A DNA stretch of 64,000 nucleotides. It comes from Camelus dromedarius. Taxonomy: Eukaryota. This document shows positions 1-12,815 of this stretch, one piece after another. Location: assembly GCF_036321535.1 (NCBI RefSeq), contig NC_087437.1, forward strand, positions 11,658,001-11,722,000. The letters run 5' to 3'. The position numbers were made by a program, and so were the translations under genes. The stretch's first letter is position 1. The number at the start of each line of letters is the position of its first letter. The notes beneath the pieces were generated by a model that was given only the letters and a program-made list of their open reading frames with translations, searched no databases and was not told the origin of the DNA.

Positions 1-2
1 TA

Positions 3-330
3 GAGAATAGGGTTGCCTTAGATTTTCTACTGGCTCAACAAGGAGGTACTTGTGCTACTGCTCTTACTACTTGTACTTATATCATCACCTCTGGAGAAGT
101 TGAGAATGACCTAGAAAAAAATTCCCCAAAAGGCAAAATGGCTACACGATGTAAGAAAAACTGATCCTTTAAATGTTCAGTTGGCTCCCCTCAGGAATAC
201 AGTTTTTTTCTGCTCTGCTTTACAGATGATTATCATTTTCAAAATATGTATTATCATTCTTTCCTAGCTATCAAGCTACTCATGATATGTATCACTGCTT
301 GCTTTAACGCTACTGCTAAAAGCATATGTA
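3..330 (+). pseudogene. env: Decayed ERV env, transmembrane subunit (gamma-type); continues off the left edge
   Basis: From base 3 it reads ENRVALDFLLAQQGGTCATALTTCTYIITSGEVENDLEK, an immunosuppressive-domain motif plus a degenerate CX6CC. After a frameshift in the A-run (~115-121) it reads IPQKAKWLHDV, and after a second shift (~173) MFSWLPSGI followed by hydrophobic residues. Confidence 0.85.
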
Positions 331-445
331 TAATGTTTATGTGACAATTCTATATGGTTATGAATAGAAGGCTTAGCACCATGGGACATGATGGACCCAG
401 GGCAGGCAGCAACCATGCATGCTTTCCATCAAAAGATTTATGATC

Positions 446-870
446 AAGAAGGGGGAAGTGGTGAAAGAAACTTTCACAAGCTGAGCTATGGGAAAGTCAT
501 TCTGGCTTATATATACATGAACTTGAATTTTATGCTAAATAAAACAGCCTGTTTGTGGTCTATCAAACATACATTTTACATCTGCTTTAGTATAGAAGAA
601 AAGGGCATGTTAACCAGAAATAAAGAGTGCCCATGTTAAAAATAAAGATTAGATGCCTCCCTTCCTGGGACAGCAATGCTGGTCCTCCTTGGATGATAAG
701 ACTCCCTTCCAAGGTGCCAAGGCCACACTGACTTGCTGTGTATGTGCTGATCTATTTTTTTTAACCTTGAAGAAATGTATCCCTGACTTATTTGATCTTC
801 TTTGTTCTGACAAGGTATAAAACGTAACATACGCTATAAGAAACCAGGTGCAAGTCAGAATAAAGCAACG
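446..870 (+). mobile_element. Polypurine tract and 3' LTR of the env-bearing ERV (right boundary uncertain)
   Basis: PPT AAGAAGGGGGAAG at 446-458 is directly followed by TG at 459; TATAAAA at 816-822; AATAAA at 859-864. Confidence 0.65.
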
Positions 871-1499
871 AGTAAACAACAGAATGAAATGGCAAGAGAC
901 TACACCAGAATGTGTTCTGAAAAAGAATAGAACTAACACATTGTGAAATTCATAAAATCCTTTATCCTGTAGGATTTAGCCCCATCAAGGTTTTCCACTT
1001 TTTTTCTTTTATCATGATCCTGTATTTCAACAAAAAATAGTTTAGAGGAACATCTAATTTAAATCATTACCATGTTTTGAAGGCTGTGCTCTACGAGCAG
1101 AATACAAAGCAGAGAGAGAGCATATACTTTCACAGGTTCAAGACCATATTTAACCATCAGCGTATGTACTCTTAGAAAAGGGAAGAACACATTTCCTGGT
1201 GTGCGGTGCTGCCACATCCTGATTTCACAGCATATTAAAATTAGGAATAACAAATAAGATGGCTTGTAGGCACTAATGAACAAGTGGTCATGATTCACCA
1301 TAATGGAAATATTCATGCACTTGTGTTAATGAGATATAGAGCCCAAAGGACGAAATGTTTCCCCTCTTCTTATATCCTAAGTGAGCTCCTCTTTTAGGGC
1401 TGCTTCATCCTCACCTTTCGGAAGGATCATGATCCAATATGTAAACTTCAGACTCTCAGGGGTTTTCATGTGCCTTCTTATTTAAAACAAGATTCGAGA

Positions 1500-1728
1500 A
1501 GAGCCTTCCTCAGTCTCAGCACTACTGATGCTCTGGGCTTTGTTGTGCTTTGCATCATAGGGAGTTGGGCAGCATCCTTGGCCTCTACCCACTAGATGCC
1601 AACTGCACATCCATCCACCTCATCCTCCCCTTCCCCTCCCCCTCCCCAGTTTCTGACCATCTAAGTTGTCTCCAGACTTTGCCAAATGTCCCGTAGGGGG
1701 CAAACTCATCCCCAGTTGAGAACCACTC
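1500..1728. mobile_element. MER20-like hAT-Charlie DNA transposon
   Basis: Recalled MER20 blocks (agcatccttggcctctacccactagatgcc; tgccaaatgtcc) and terminal gttgagaaccact. Confidence 0.75.
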
Positions 1729-3344
1729 TTCCACCTTCCATTATCAGAAAGTTTGAATTTTTGCTGCTGAAATGATTTTCTAGATTAAGAAACTGCTTAC
1801 TGGTATGTTTCAGCGACTGACAGAGAGCAGAGAAAATGTGCAGTTTATTAAAACACATTATTTCATCCATTTTCATCCTAAAGCCATTTAGTTGACTCAA
1901 AACCCTAATATTTTCCTCAAAATACAGGGAGAGGAAAAAAAAATCTGCAAGCATGACATTTTAAGTTATATATTTCTCACAAACTGCCCAACAGATGGAA
2001 ATGAATGTATCAAGAAATAAGATGATTTTTACAAATGTTGCTACAAAAAAAAAAGCACATTCACTAATTATGAATCACCTACAATTCTTTTGTTTGACAA
2101 TAAGTTCCTAAAGTTGCAAAGTAAATTAATAACCTAGGAAATACACAGGACCCCCAAAATGGATCTCGGTATCTTGCAATAACATCTCGTTACCTTTTAT
2201 GGATGCCTCTGAATACAGAACCAGTGTCTTTAAATTTGTAATTCCGTATTTCTCTTGCCTTGCCCACATGCTATTTCATCACTCAGTAGAAACATAACAA
2301 CATAAGACAATTCATCTTTTCAGAATACATCAGCAGGTAAATTACCTAATGAGGTTGAAAGGATTCTTAAAAGAGGGTTCCTTTTCTCAGGTTGTGGATT
2401 AGAGAAAGTGGTGCATACTCACCGCTGCTGCCAACGTCATGAAGTCACAAGAGCAAAAAGGACTTGGTTTACCCAGCGAAGGTCAGCTGCCCAATAATGA
2501 AAAATGAGCAGGGAGTTGGTAATGTGCCTACGTGACCTATGGCTAGTTAGCAAAATGTTTACCGCAGAAATAAAAGCCCAAGTCAGTGAAATACTTAGAG
2601 GTCATTAGGGATGATAAATGAAAAACCTGTCAGACCCAGCTTAGCCTTGACTGAAGATCCTCACTGACTCCAGGAGATAAGTGCACATTAGACAGTCTAT
2701 TAAGTAAAACTGATGTGTGGTTAAGAAGGCCTGCACTAACAGGGTGCCACCCAGGGAAAGAAGGCGTGGAACAAAGCAATGAAGTGACAAGAGAAGCATT
2801 TTTTTAGTTTCCTCTGAACTCTTTTCTAATTAAAACAGTTTCCCATCTGTCATTAGGCGTTATCTCATAGGCCACAGCAAAGGAGAGATTAGGGCCTGTA
2901 GGGTACGTATGCACATATGCATCCAGGACAGTTGGCTCAACATCGAGCTTCTAACCCAATTTAATTGAACAACAGATACATTCAAGCAGAATATACAGCA
3001 TTTTGCTATTTCACCTTCTGTTCCTTTGCAGCAGCCTTTTCCTAAGTCACCTTTGGATAAAACAAGCACAATTTGCTCTGGAAGGCAGCGCTCACCACTA
3101 TACCACCAATGCTCAATTTACTCTGAAATGCAAATAGTCACTGAAAAGATGGCTGAGCCTTGTGGTGACCTAGGACAGCTCTGGAGCCAAAGTTTGGATA
3201 ATTTCATTCCTCTGGAACATACACATAAGAGAAAACACCCTCTGAGACCCTTACACCAAACCCCACAAATGGTCACTTACGTTCTCCATTGGTCAGCTTC
3301 CTTTTTTTTTTTTAACCCTCCCCAAACTTCTTTATTCTTTTGTT

Positions 3345-3745
3345 CCTTTACTTTTTATTTTATTGCAGTATAGTTGATTTACAATCTTGAGTCAGTTTCA
3401 GGTGTACAGCAAAGTCAGTTTCAGGTGTACAGCAAAGTGATATGCAAACTTTTTCAGATTTTTTTCCATTATAGGTTATTACAATATATTGAATATAGTT
3501 CTTTGTGCTTTATAGTACAGGGAACTATATTCCTTGTTGTTTATATATTTTATTTATAGTAATGTGTATCTGTTAATCCCAAAGTCCTAATTTCTCTCTC
3601 TCTCCCCTCCCCTTTGGTAAACATAAGTTCGTTTTCTATGTCTGGGAGTCTATTCCTGTTTCGTAAATAAGTTCGTTTGTCTCTTGTTTTTAGACTCCAC
3701 ATAAAGGGATCTCATATGATATTTGTCTTTTTCTGGTCTGCTTAC
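3345..3745 (-). mobile_element. L1 3' end fragment
   Basis: T-rich tail then tattgcagtatagttgatttacaat...tttggtaaacataagttcgttttctatgtctg, typical of L1 3' UTRs. Contains a 23-bp tandem duplication at 3390-3435. Confidence 0.8.
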
Positions 3746-3906
3746 TCATGTTGCATTTATATTTCTTATCAAGTTTCGTTACTGGTTTTACATACTTTTG
3801 TAGAGTTGAAAGAACAATCAAAGAATGGATTGAAGAAAGAAGACGTATGTGAAGGGGTAAAAGCTAGGTGGGCAGCAAGGAGTGTGTGTTGGGAATTAGT
3901 TTGCTA

Positions 3907-4070
3907 GAGGGGAGGGTATAGCTCAGTTGGTAGAATGCTTGCTTAGCATGCTCAAGGTCCTGAATTCAATCCCCAGTACCTCCAATAGAAGTAAGTAAAT
4001 AAATAAAAACCTAATTATCTCCCCCACAAAATAGCAAAAAAATTTTAAATAAATATTAAAAAAAAATAAA
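3907..4070 (+). mobile_element. tRNA-derived SINE (camelid Vic-1-like)
   Basis: GGGGAGGGTATAGCTCAGTTGGTAGA (A box) ... GAATTCAATCCCCAGTACCTCC (degenerate B box), A-rich tail, imperfect TSD aattagtttgct / agttaatttgct. Confidence 0.9.
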
Positions 4071-4926
4071 GTTAATTTGCTGTTATCCTGTTACTAAAGA
4101 CCAAATACTCTAAGGCACTTGCCTACCTGTGTTGGACATTATACCACAGAGCCATAAGAAGTGACCCTAACCTTCAGAGAATCGCAGACTTCTGGACTGG
4201 GTGGGAAACTCAAAGTCTACCCTGCCCCCTCCCTTCCAAACTTTCAAACTCTTTATTCTTCCTGCCATATAGTTTCTTGCCAGTGCTTTAACCCCCATGG
4301 GGAATGGTATTATGTTATGCTCTGGCCCAAAACTTTTCAACCAAATTAAGAAAGAATAATACAAGGCTGAGAATTGGCTGGCACTCTGCAAGAAACATCT
4401 ACTCAGGGTAACACCGTTCTCTCTCAAAGCACATTGATACTGCCTGGTATTCCCGGCTAGTCAATACCCATACCCACAACACTCCTCCCGTTTACCAGTC
4501 CAGCAATCACAACAATAAAGGGAGTAAGGTTAACTGGAGATGCTCATTCTCAGGGAACTCACGCTGACCGGCAGTTTCACCAGTATATCTTCCAGGGTCC
4601 TGTGGCTGTTCCTTTAGAAATACATTCTAGAAATGTTCAGGTTGATCTTTTTGTTAAGTCAAAGGCCACACTTTCTCATCCCTTCTGAAATCAAGATGCA
4701 CTACTTGATGACTTCGCTCAAAAATTTTGTCTTAAATTGTATTTAAGAGCCCCTACTCACAGAGAGAAGAAGAAAAATGATACATTTATTTTTAAAACTT
4801 TCATCCAAAATGGATAGAAATAAGATAGTATTCCATGGGAGGTCAGCTTCATTTATGCGGAAAATTCACTTGCCGGGGACTATTCTCCCCTTAATCATGC
4901 CAGTTACAGGAAAGAATTCTGTAGAT

Positions 4927-5084
4927 CAGTGGTTTTCAGTGTGGTCTTCACACCTGTTAGAAATGTAGACTCTTGGGTCTCACCCAAGACCTCCTGACTA
5001 AATCAGAGTCTCTGCAGGGTGCAGCCCAGCAATCTGTGTTGTAACAAGACCCCCAGTTGGTTCGCTGGAGTTTGAGAGTCACTG
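4927..5084. mobile_element. MER5A-like hAT MITE
   Basis: Termini cagtggttttca ... tttgagagtcactg; internal aatcagagtctctg and cccagcaatctgtgtt blocks. Confidence 0.75.
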
Positions 5085-5139
5085 CTACAGAAACTAAAAT
5101 AGAATTGGGATAATGTAGTGACAATGGGATGATGACGAC

Positions 5140-5345
5140 AATGATCTTTATAATGGGTAATCTTTTATGAACACATACTGTGCACTTAAGCCTTGCACTA
5201 TGCACTTTATACACTATCTCATTTAATTCTCATGAAAGCCCGGTGAAGTGCTGTTATCCTATTTTATAAAGGAAGGAATAAAGTTAAGAAAAATTAAGCA
5301 GTTTGCCCAAGGTCAGCCATTAAGCTGCAGAGCTGGGATAACAGT
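5140..5345 (-). mobile_element. MIR SINE
   Basis: tatctcatttaattctca...ttgcccaaggtca...gcagagctgggat core. Confidence 0.7.
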
Positions 5346-5362
5346 CCATCTCCGGTTGATCT

Positions 5363-5388
5363 CACACACACACACACACACACACACA
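5363..5388. repeat. (CA)n microsatellite
   Basis: About 13 perfect CA units. Confidence 0.95.
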
Positions 5389-5777
5389 CCCAGAACCTCT
5401 GACTCTTCACTCTTACACCATGATGCCTTCCAGAATCAAGAAAAAAAGAACTCTCCCAACTTCAGTTCTTCCCTCAAGCCTCCCTTCCCTCTTTACTGCC
5501 ACTTCATCAATTGCCTCTGGCCTGAGGACCATATTAGAAAATCCCCCTTGGCCCACCTTCTCAGCAGCCAACCCCCTTCTGCTCCCTCAGCTCCGCCCTG
5601 GCCTTCCCTTCCAAGATCCATGGGAAGTCTAGAGACACAACGTCCAGAATAACTTGAGACTGGTTTCCCTCTCAAGTGCACCTGAATCCTATATCCCCGC
5701 TTCATGGGCCACCACCATAATCATAAACTATGGTTCGGAAGCTGGAAGAGACTCTTGCTGGACACCACCTACACCTT

Positions 5778-5944
5778 TGCTACTAAATGTGATCCTCAAG
5801 CCAGCAGGGGCCTCATTCAGGAAACTTATTGGAAGTACAGGGTTTTAGCCTTCACCCCCAGCCCCTCAAAGCTGTTAAACCAGCGTCTACATTTTAACAA
5901 GTTCCTCAAGTGATTCTCTGCACATGGATATTTGAGAAGCACTG
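5778..5944. mobile_element. MER5A-like hAT MITE
   Basis: tctacattttaacaagttcctcaagtgattc...tttgagaagcactg terminus. Confidence 0.7.
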
Positions 5945-6579
5945 GTTTATCTAAACCTACCCCCTTATTTTACCCGAGGAAACTGAGACCCAAGGAAATG
6001 GAATGACCTAGGCAAGGTTACAAATCTAGTTAAGTTGGAGGTGCTCCCTGGTTGAATATGCTTTTTTCTGTGTCCCTGCAGCCTTCAACTACGTGCCACG
6101 AAAATATTGCTGTTGCTGCTGCTGCTGGGGTTAGTGAGGGCTCCTGGGTTCTGGACTTGTGTTCATCACTTTACGTGCATTATTTCATTTACTCCTTTAC
6201 CACAGCCTGTGAGTTCAGCGCTATTATCATCTCCTTTTTTTTTTTTTCTTTCCTGATGGGAAATAGAAGCCTAGAGAAGTTTAAGTACTTGCCCCAAATT
6301 ATGCAAAATAGTGAATCAGAGATTAAAACTTCTCCATATCGTCTGAGTTTGAAACCATGCTTGTAGCTACTGGGTGTAGACTGCATGTATACCTCTGTCT
6401 TTTCCTATGATTTTGAAAGTTTTTACCTACCTATCTAGCAATTTATCTACTATCTGTCTATCTACCTTCCTACCTATCATCCTCCTCCTCCTCTATCTAA
6501 TTGTTTGGGGAGAGGAGAGTGCATAAGATGGAGTGTTTCTGCTTGAGGTCTCCTTTCCATTCATTAATCTCAGTGATAG

Positions 6580-7200
6580 TATTACCCAGGCTGTCACCCC
6601 AGAATCATACCCCATCCCTCCCTCAAATAGAAACCAATTACTCTTACCTAAGTATCAGGGGGAAGCTGCAGAGAGAAAAAAGCAAGAACTCATTAGAACC
6701 AACTAGGACCAAGATGGCAGAAGATCTGACTTCCAGTGGGCCTTGAGACTCCCTATAGGCTCCCTATTGTAATACATTAGCCTGGTAAATGACACCTTCC
6801 CCCCACCAGCACCATGACAACAACTGGAAAAGCCCATGCAAGGACTGAAAAGAGAGAGCTGCATCAGCCCCAGTTCCATACCACACCCCTCTTTTGATTA
6901 ACTCATGGATATTTCTCCCACTCTTTCCAAATCCCTTCCTTTTACTTCCACCCTCCTATATATTTGGTGTCCCTGCCTGAACTGGGTTGAGAAGTTGATT
7001 TGGGAACTTATCCATTCTCTGGAGGTTCCTGCTTCTCCAGCCTTTGGCCATTGAATCAAACGGGCTGTTTCAGTCTCAGGATTGGTTTCCTTATTGGCTG
7101 TGCAAATTCGATCGGAAAAAGAACCTCCCTGGCCAAGATAGAGCGTCTCACCCAGGCTAGGACACCCGTGCGGGTCCAGCTGACAAATTCAGTAGCAACA
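6580..7200 (+). mobile_element. Solo ERV1 LTR with MER41-like core (family A)
   Basis: Ends in CAACA. Shares ttacc-aggctgtc, tcaaatagaaaccaattactctta and ccaagatggcagaagat-tgacttccagt blocks with the LTRs at 20834 and 39877. Confidence 0.8.
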
Positions 7201-8146
7201 GCAGTTCTTTCCTATAGCTCCTTAGAAAACAAAGCAGAAGACCCCTCACCGTAGACTCACATTCCATCCTTTGCAGCTCAGTTGTCCGACCCCGGTCCTT
7301 CTTCCCAGCCCCCTCCCCCATCACCTCCGGAGCCCTGGCTTAGCGGTCACTTGTACTTACAGGCTGTGACACCCTGACCACTGGGGTGAAGGAGTACTTC
7401 TGTTGCTTGGTCTCCCTCACGTGAAGCACTCAAATGTTGAAGAAAAAAAAAAAAAAGCGTTTAAAAACAGTTACTACTGAGCTTTACCTTAGAGAAACTA
7501 ATTGCTTTTGTGTGGCTTTCTTGAACACCCAGCAGGTTAAGAGTTTGTTTCCCGTAGAAACTTCTGCATTCCAATCATCTTAACACCCGAAATATAACCC
7601 AAGAGTAAATCAGAAACAGTCTTTGTTATATTCCAATATAACTATAAAAGCTTCACTTCTCTACAGCACCTTTAAAAATGTGTTCGAATGTTTCAGAATA
7701 AAATTTTTCTTGCAATAAGCCAATGCATCCTCCTCGTCCTATGCACACTTATTTGGTGAGCAAAAATAAGAAGAGAAAGCCCAAACTGGTAAAAAGCATC
7801 TAAATTAGAAGGATTTTTAAAAATTTGAATTTGAGGTACCATTAAGTATGATTAAAGTAGTATTTCATTCACCCAAAAGCAAATTTTTACACAACTTTTC
7901 GGTATCTGACTATTATATATAGTGAGATGAACTGCATACACTTTTGCAAGAGTCACTGCAAAGTTAGACAGTAAACAAATACTTTAAAACCCATTGTTAT
8001 GTGAATCATAAGTAACACAACTGCACAGATCTGTAATATCCCCAAAGGAAAACAGCCAGAATCTTATGTATATCTGGAAACAAACTTTGTTTATTGGTGT
8101 TCTCTGCAAAGAATATTACCCATGCATTTGTGCATGAGTGTACGTG

Positions 8147-8167
8147 CACACACACACACACACACAC
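8147..8167. repeat. (CA)n microsatellite
   Basis: About 10 CA units. Confidence 0.9.
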
Positions 8168-9968
8168 GTGCGATATTTGATTCCAAGTATCTTCTGTTAG
8201 GCTCCAACATCCCCAGGTAAGAGGCCTGCCCTATTCATGTTTTAATTCCTCTAATTATGGTAACACGGTTGTTGGGGGGTTTTTTTGCCTTAATAAATAT
8301 TTACAGAGCTGAATACCACACCTTAACTACATCTATCTGGAATTTCTGTTGTTGAACTTTGTGTAACAGGGAATGGAAAAGATTCGTGGAGTTTGTGGGT
8401 TGTTTTTTTTTTTTTTTCGGTAGGACTATAATTTTCAATCTCCTGATTTTTGTGATTTTTTTAAAGAGCTGGTCATAATGCTATATAGTTCTCTGATTTT
8501 ATTTCTTTGGTACGAAAAAAGCAAAATGAATGCATTGTGATTGAGCCGTGGAGCCTGGCTGCTTGCATATGTAATAGGGGTTCTAAATTACCACATAAAC
8601 ACAGCTGCAGCTTCTCAGTCTGGAAGCTCTGAGAAGCATGCCGACTGGTGAGTGTGGGTATTTGGAGCTCTGAATTTAAGAGCATTATTATGAGCTGCAA
8701 TAGACAATCATCCCGCCTTATTTAAATCTCTGGGCAACTGTAAAACTGGGAGTTCTTGCTTAAATAGTCAGGCTTCTTATCTCTGCTCGAATCTGAACAA
8801 GCAAGTTTCAGCTCGTTATCTTAAAAGCTGACAAATTGTACTTTATAGTATGTCACTGGCTACTGCATTTATAAAGTTATCAGAAGGTTAACAGTTTTAA
8901 AATGGCCTATATTTAAATTATCTCATTGTCAAGTTCTTTCAGAGGCCAAATAAATTGATATAAACCACGCTTTCTTACAGGAGAAATAGCCCCATGCAGG
9001 AAAATAGATGAGAATATTTACATCTCTATGTATTTATATATACATCCACATAAACACACATAGACACACATACATTTGTATTTAAAGCTTTGTGTCTGAA
9101 TTTTAGGTTGAGAAGCAATGAGGAAAGGTAAATTTAAAAGATATATTTTTCTCGCCAGTTTTCAAATCACCCTTATTTGAGGGGAAAAGATACCTGTAAA
9201 CAGTAGGCACCTTGTCTGCTAAATCTGTTATTGAAATTAATTTAACAGGAAATAGGTCTCATAATTTAAACATAAATTTAATGTTTATAAACATACATGT
9301 AAACATTATGAGATATATTTAAAAATAAGTTTATAAATGTATATAAGATTTCATAAAATGTATACTTTCCATGCCTTCTTTTTCATATTCCTTAAATTTT
9401 TAACAGAATTAACAACTAACTGATGGAAAACAGGTAGAATCCTATTTCATGCCAACAGTTCTCTGAAGTATTCAATTGCAGTAAATCAAATCAGGAAAGC
9501 TTTGCATACTAAATGAAATGAGAAATATCATTGTGCTCTAATATGAATTAAAGTAATTCAACAGAAAACTGCAATTAAGAGTGAAAGTTATCATTTCATC
9601 ATTTTTCTACGGCTAGCTAGATTTATGAGGAGTCTAGAGACTGCGGTCAGGACTGGCTAATTCGCATTATACATGATCTACTTTGTTGTGTGACCTTGGC
9701 AAATTATAAATCCTTCTTCCTGTGGGTACCCAATATTTTAGTGGGTTTTGTTCTACAGTCACTTCTGGAAATTCGGCCTAAACACTGAAGTTAACCAGAA
9801 CAACATTGAACAATAAACACTAATTGAATAAACAGACAAAAAATAACCAAACACAGAGTAGGCGACCTCTCCCACCTCCCAACTGTCTAAAATCAGATAG
9901 ATCTGGGATGATCATAATGTTGAATAATTCCTGATTTTCTACTCACCATCAAAAATGTTTGTAGATTA

Positions 9969-10138
9969 CACTGTATAGCACAGGGAAATATACACAAAAT
10001 GTTATGATAACTCACAGAGAAAAAAATGTGACAATGAGTGTGTATATGTCCATGAATGACTGAAAAATTGTGCTGAACACTGGAATTTGACACAACATTG
10101 TAAAATGATTATAAATCAATAAAAAAAAGAAAAAAAAG
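9969..10138 (+). mobile_element. Short 5'-truncated younger L1 3' end
   Basis: tatagcacagggaaatata...gaatgactgaaaaattgtgctg...aatcaataaaaaaa with poly-A; near-TSD aaaaatgtttgta / aaaaaagtttgta. Confidence 0.85.
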
Positions 10139-10643
10139 TTTGTAATTAGGCATTATTTTTAATCGAAGAAGTGTTTGTCTTTTACGTTTACTTAGAAGAA
10201 GTGATAGTTACTCCTAACACTTTTCAGATGACGTGGTGAACTCAAACGACCATAAGAAGTTTACATTTTTCCACTGTTCTAACATTTTATTTTTCACAAA
10301 ACAAGTGCATCAAATACACAAACCAGCAAAACAGCATGTTTGATTGATTCTAGATAATCCAATGTCAGCAAAGAGAGTCCTAAGTGTCTTTCAGCAAAAT
10401 GTGTTTGACAAAAAAGAAATATAATCAGTGCTTTTGACAAATCAATAGATGTAAAAGCCCTCATTGTAAGAGAAGGGTACACAGAATCATAGTACTCCAG
10501 AGCTCGAAGAAATTATAGTGGTTACTTGGTAGGGGTCCTCTTGTTGGACAGATGAGGAAAACTGAGACTGGAAAGATGGAAACCATTGATCTTGAATTGT
10601 TGGAGGCTCTTAAAAGTGCAACACCTGTGTCTAATTTGGTGTT

Positions 10644-11140
10644 TGTGGAAATTGTGGGTTGTCCCTCAATATCCTTTTTTCCTTATCCCAACTAATAAAA
10701 TTCCTGTCTGTGCACAGAGCTGCCCAGAATGAAGACTCTACTTCCCAGCACCCCTTGCAGCTTCTCTGGGTTAGGTGACTAACACTAGGCAATGGCTAGA
10801 AATAAAAGTGATGCGTGGCTGCATGTGGGAAGTCTTATGTTTTGTCCCTTATTTTGTATTCTTCTCCTCTGCCTACTGGCTGGAAGCATCATGCCGGCGT
10901 AGTATAATGGTCAAAGTTGGAACAGCCGTACTTGGGGAACCTTGGGAATGGAAGTGTTGCCCGGAGGAGCAATGATGTCACAGGAACTTGAATTCTGAGG
11001 ATTTCCTGCAGGAGAGTCCTGAGCCTCGAGTGTCTAGACTTTTCAATGAATGAAGATAAAAAGAAAAAATCTGTCTTATTCAAGCAATGTTTAGCTTTTC
11101 TTTTTCTGTTCCTCCTAGTCAAACTCAATCCTAACTCCTA
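10644..11140. mobile_element. MLT1-like MaLR LTR
   Basis: cttcccagcaccccttgcagct, aaaaatctgtcttattcaagc and terminal aatcctaact blocks. Confidence 0.6.
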
Positions 11141-11269
11141 TTCTGCCGTGACATCAGAGCCTGGTACAGTGGCAGACATGTAGGAGCTATTCAGCAGATG
11201 TCTGCAGCAACGTGGGAGACACCCCTGACACCTGCCTTCCCCCCGGGTCCAACCTAACGTTGGGCTTTT

Positions 11270-11792
11270 CAGTTTTGCCTCCCAGCATCTCTCCAGTCCA
11301 TGCACTGGTCTTTATCTGCCCCCACATATGAACGGAAGCTCCTGCCCACTCTTGCCTAGACTCGAGTGAATTCTTCTGAATGATCTAAACCACATCTCAT
11401 CCCTTTCCACTTAAAACTTGGCATTTTGTTTCATTTAGGAGAAAGACCCCAGTCCTTGACATGGCTTATGGGCCTCATTTCTCTGGCCTGATTTCACACA
11501 TCTACAGCCTTGCTGTCTGAGCTCTCTGTTTGCATCCCAGTGAATGAGCATCCAGGACTCTTCAGGCTGCCCCTCGGCTCAGCCCCAGGAAGGACCTCCC
11601 AAGTCTGCAGAAAATCTCCCCAACTCCCAGACTTCTCTGTCCCCACACTTAGCACAGTCAGTCTCTCCCACTCAACTGTGAGTGCCATGAAGGCAGCGAC
11701 TTCAATGTTTTGCATTCCATTATGCCTCCAGTGTCTAGCATGGTGCCTGGTATACAGGAGATGCTTAATCAGTATTTGCTGAATAAGTAAAT
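11270..11792 (+). mobile_element. L2 3' region
   Basis: Ends ccagtgtctagcatggtgcctggtatacaggagatgcttaatcagtatttgctgaataagt, the L2 3' terminus. Confidence 0.7.
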
Positions 11793-12047
11793 AGTATTGC
11801 AGAATCCATTGTTGGGATTTGGAAAAATCAAGGAGTTGGCAGTGACTGAGGTTTAAAAGACAGAAGGAGTGGGGAGGGAAACTTCAAATGCCACAGTCTA
11901 GTTTTTGGGTTTACTCTACAGAATGATCACCCAGCCCAGCTGATTAATCAGATTCTACAGTTTGATATACATGCAACTGGATGGACTTAAAGTTTGAAGC
12001 CATGGCTTCCTCATCTCTGTTCTGAGCCTGAAATTTAACAATTAGAT

Positions 12048-12535
12048 CAGCAGTCCTCAAAGGGATTCAAAGATCCCTTCGGGGTTCCCAACACCATTTC
12101 TGAGGATCCAGGACATCCTTCCTTTTCTGATCTGGGTGAGGCCAGATTTTCTCTGTATTCTTCAACCCTAAAAACATGATGTAGCAGATTAGATGCAGAA
12201 GCAGTTATGAGTCTCCAGCTGTTTTCTATTAAGCTGGACATTAAAGAAATGTGAAAAATGCAAATGCAAATAATGACATTCTTTCCACTAAATACTTTCT
12301 TGTTTTGGAAAAATATAGTTATTTTAATAAAAAATGTGTTATTTACTTTAACATGTAATGGTTTGCCATTGCTATTTTTAAACAAATTGATTTGAAAAAA
12401 TCTTAAACATTTCTGTTTCATTCTAATACTATAAATATTGACAGACATAATCCACAGAACCAAAGCTCTTTGGGGTCCTTAATTCTTTTTGAGAGTATTA
12501 AGAAATCCTAGGACCAAAACGTTTATGAACTGTTA
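12048..12535 (+). mobile_element. Charlie1-like internally deleted hAT transposon
   Basis: Starts cagcagtcctcaaa and ends aagctctttggggtcctt...ggaccaaaacgtttatgaactg, resembling recalled Charlie1 termini. Confidence 0.7.
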
Positions 12536-12599
12536 CATTAAAGAATCATTTCTTTTGTTTAAGATTTGATCTTTCCTCAAAATGCAAGAAAGTTGGAAT

Positions 12600-12815
12600 A
12601 TAGCAGGAAAAAGAACTTGGATTTGAGGGGTTGGTAGCTATGGACTGGTAATCAGGGGCTGTCTCTAAGTATGAACTTAGGCAAGTCCACTAACTTCTGA
12701 GAGTCTGTTTCCTCTTCTCTAGACTTAGGGTAACACCTCAGTGGGTTATTTTGAGAATAAAGAAAAACACGTGAAAGCTCTAGGGATAGTGTGTCTCAGA
12801 ACAGGTACGTGTTTG
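12600..12815 (+). mobile_element. MIR SINE
   Basis: gaacttaggcaagtccactaacttctgagagtctgtttcctc core. Confidence 0.6.

Noticed and set aside
3390..3435. 23-bp perfect tandem duplication
   Set aside because: An ordinary local duplication inside a dead L1 3' UTR with no sign of function.
3909..3984. tRNA-Ala-like sequence as a real tRNA gene
   Set aside because: The B box is mutated, and the SINE body, A-rich tail, TSD and second copy at 63663 show it is a SINE.
12047..12463. 138-aa minus-strand ORF
   Set aside because: It lies in an AT-rich, internally deleted Charlie-like transposon and shows no transposase motif.
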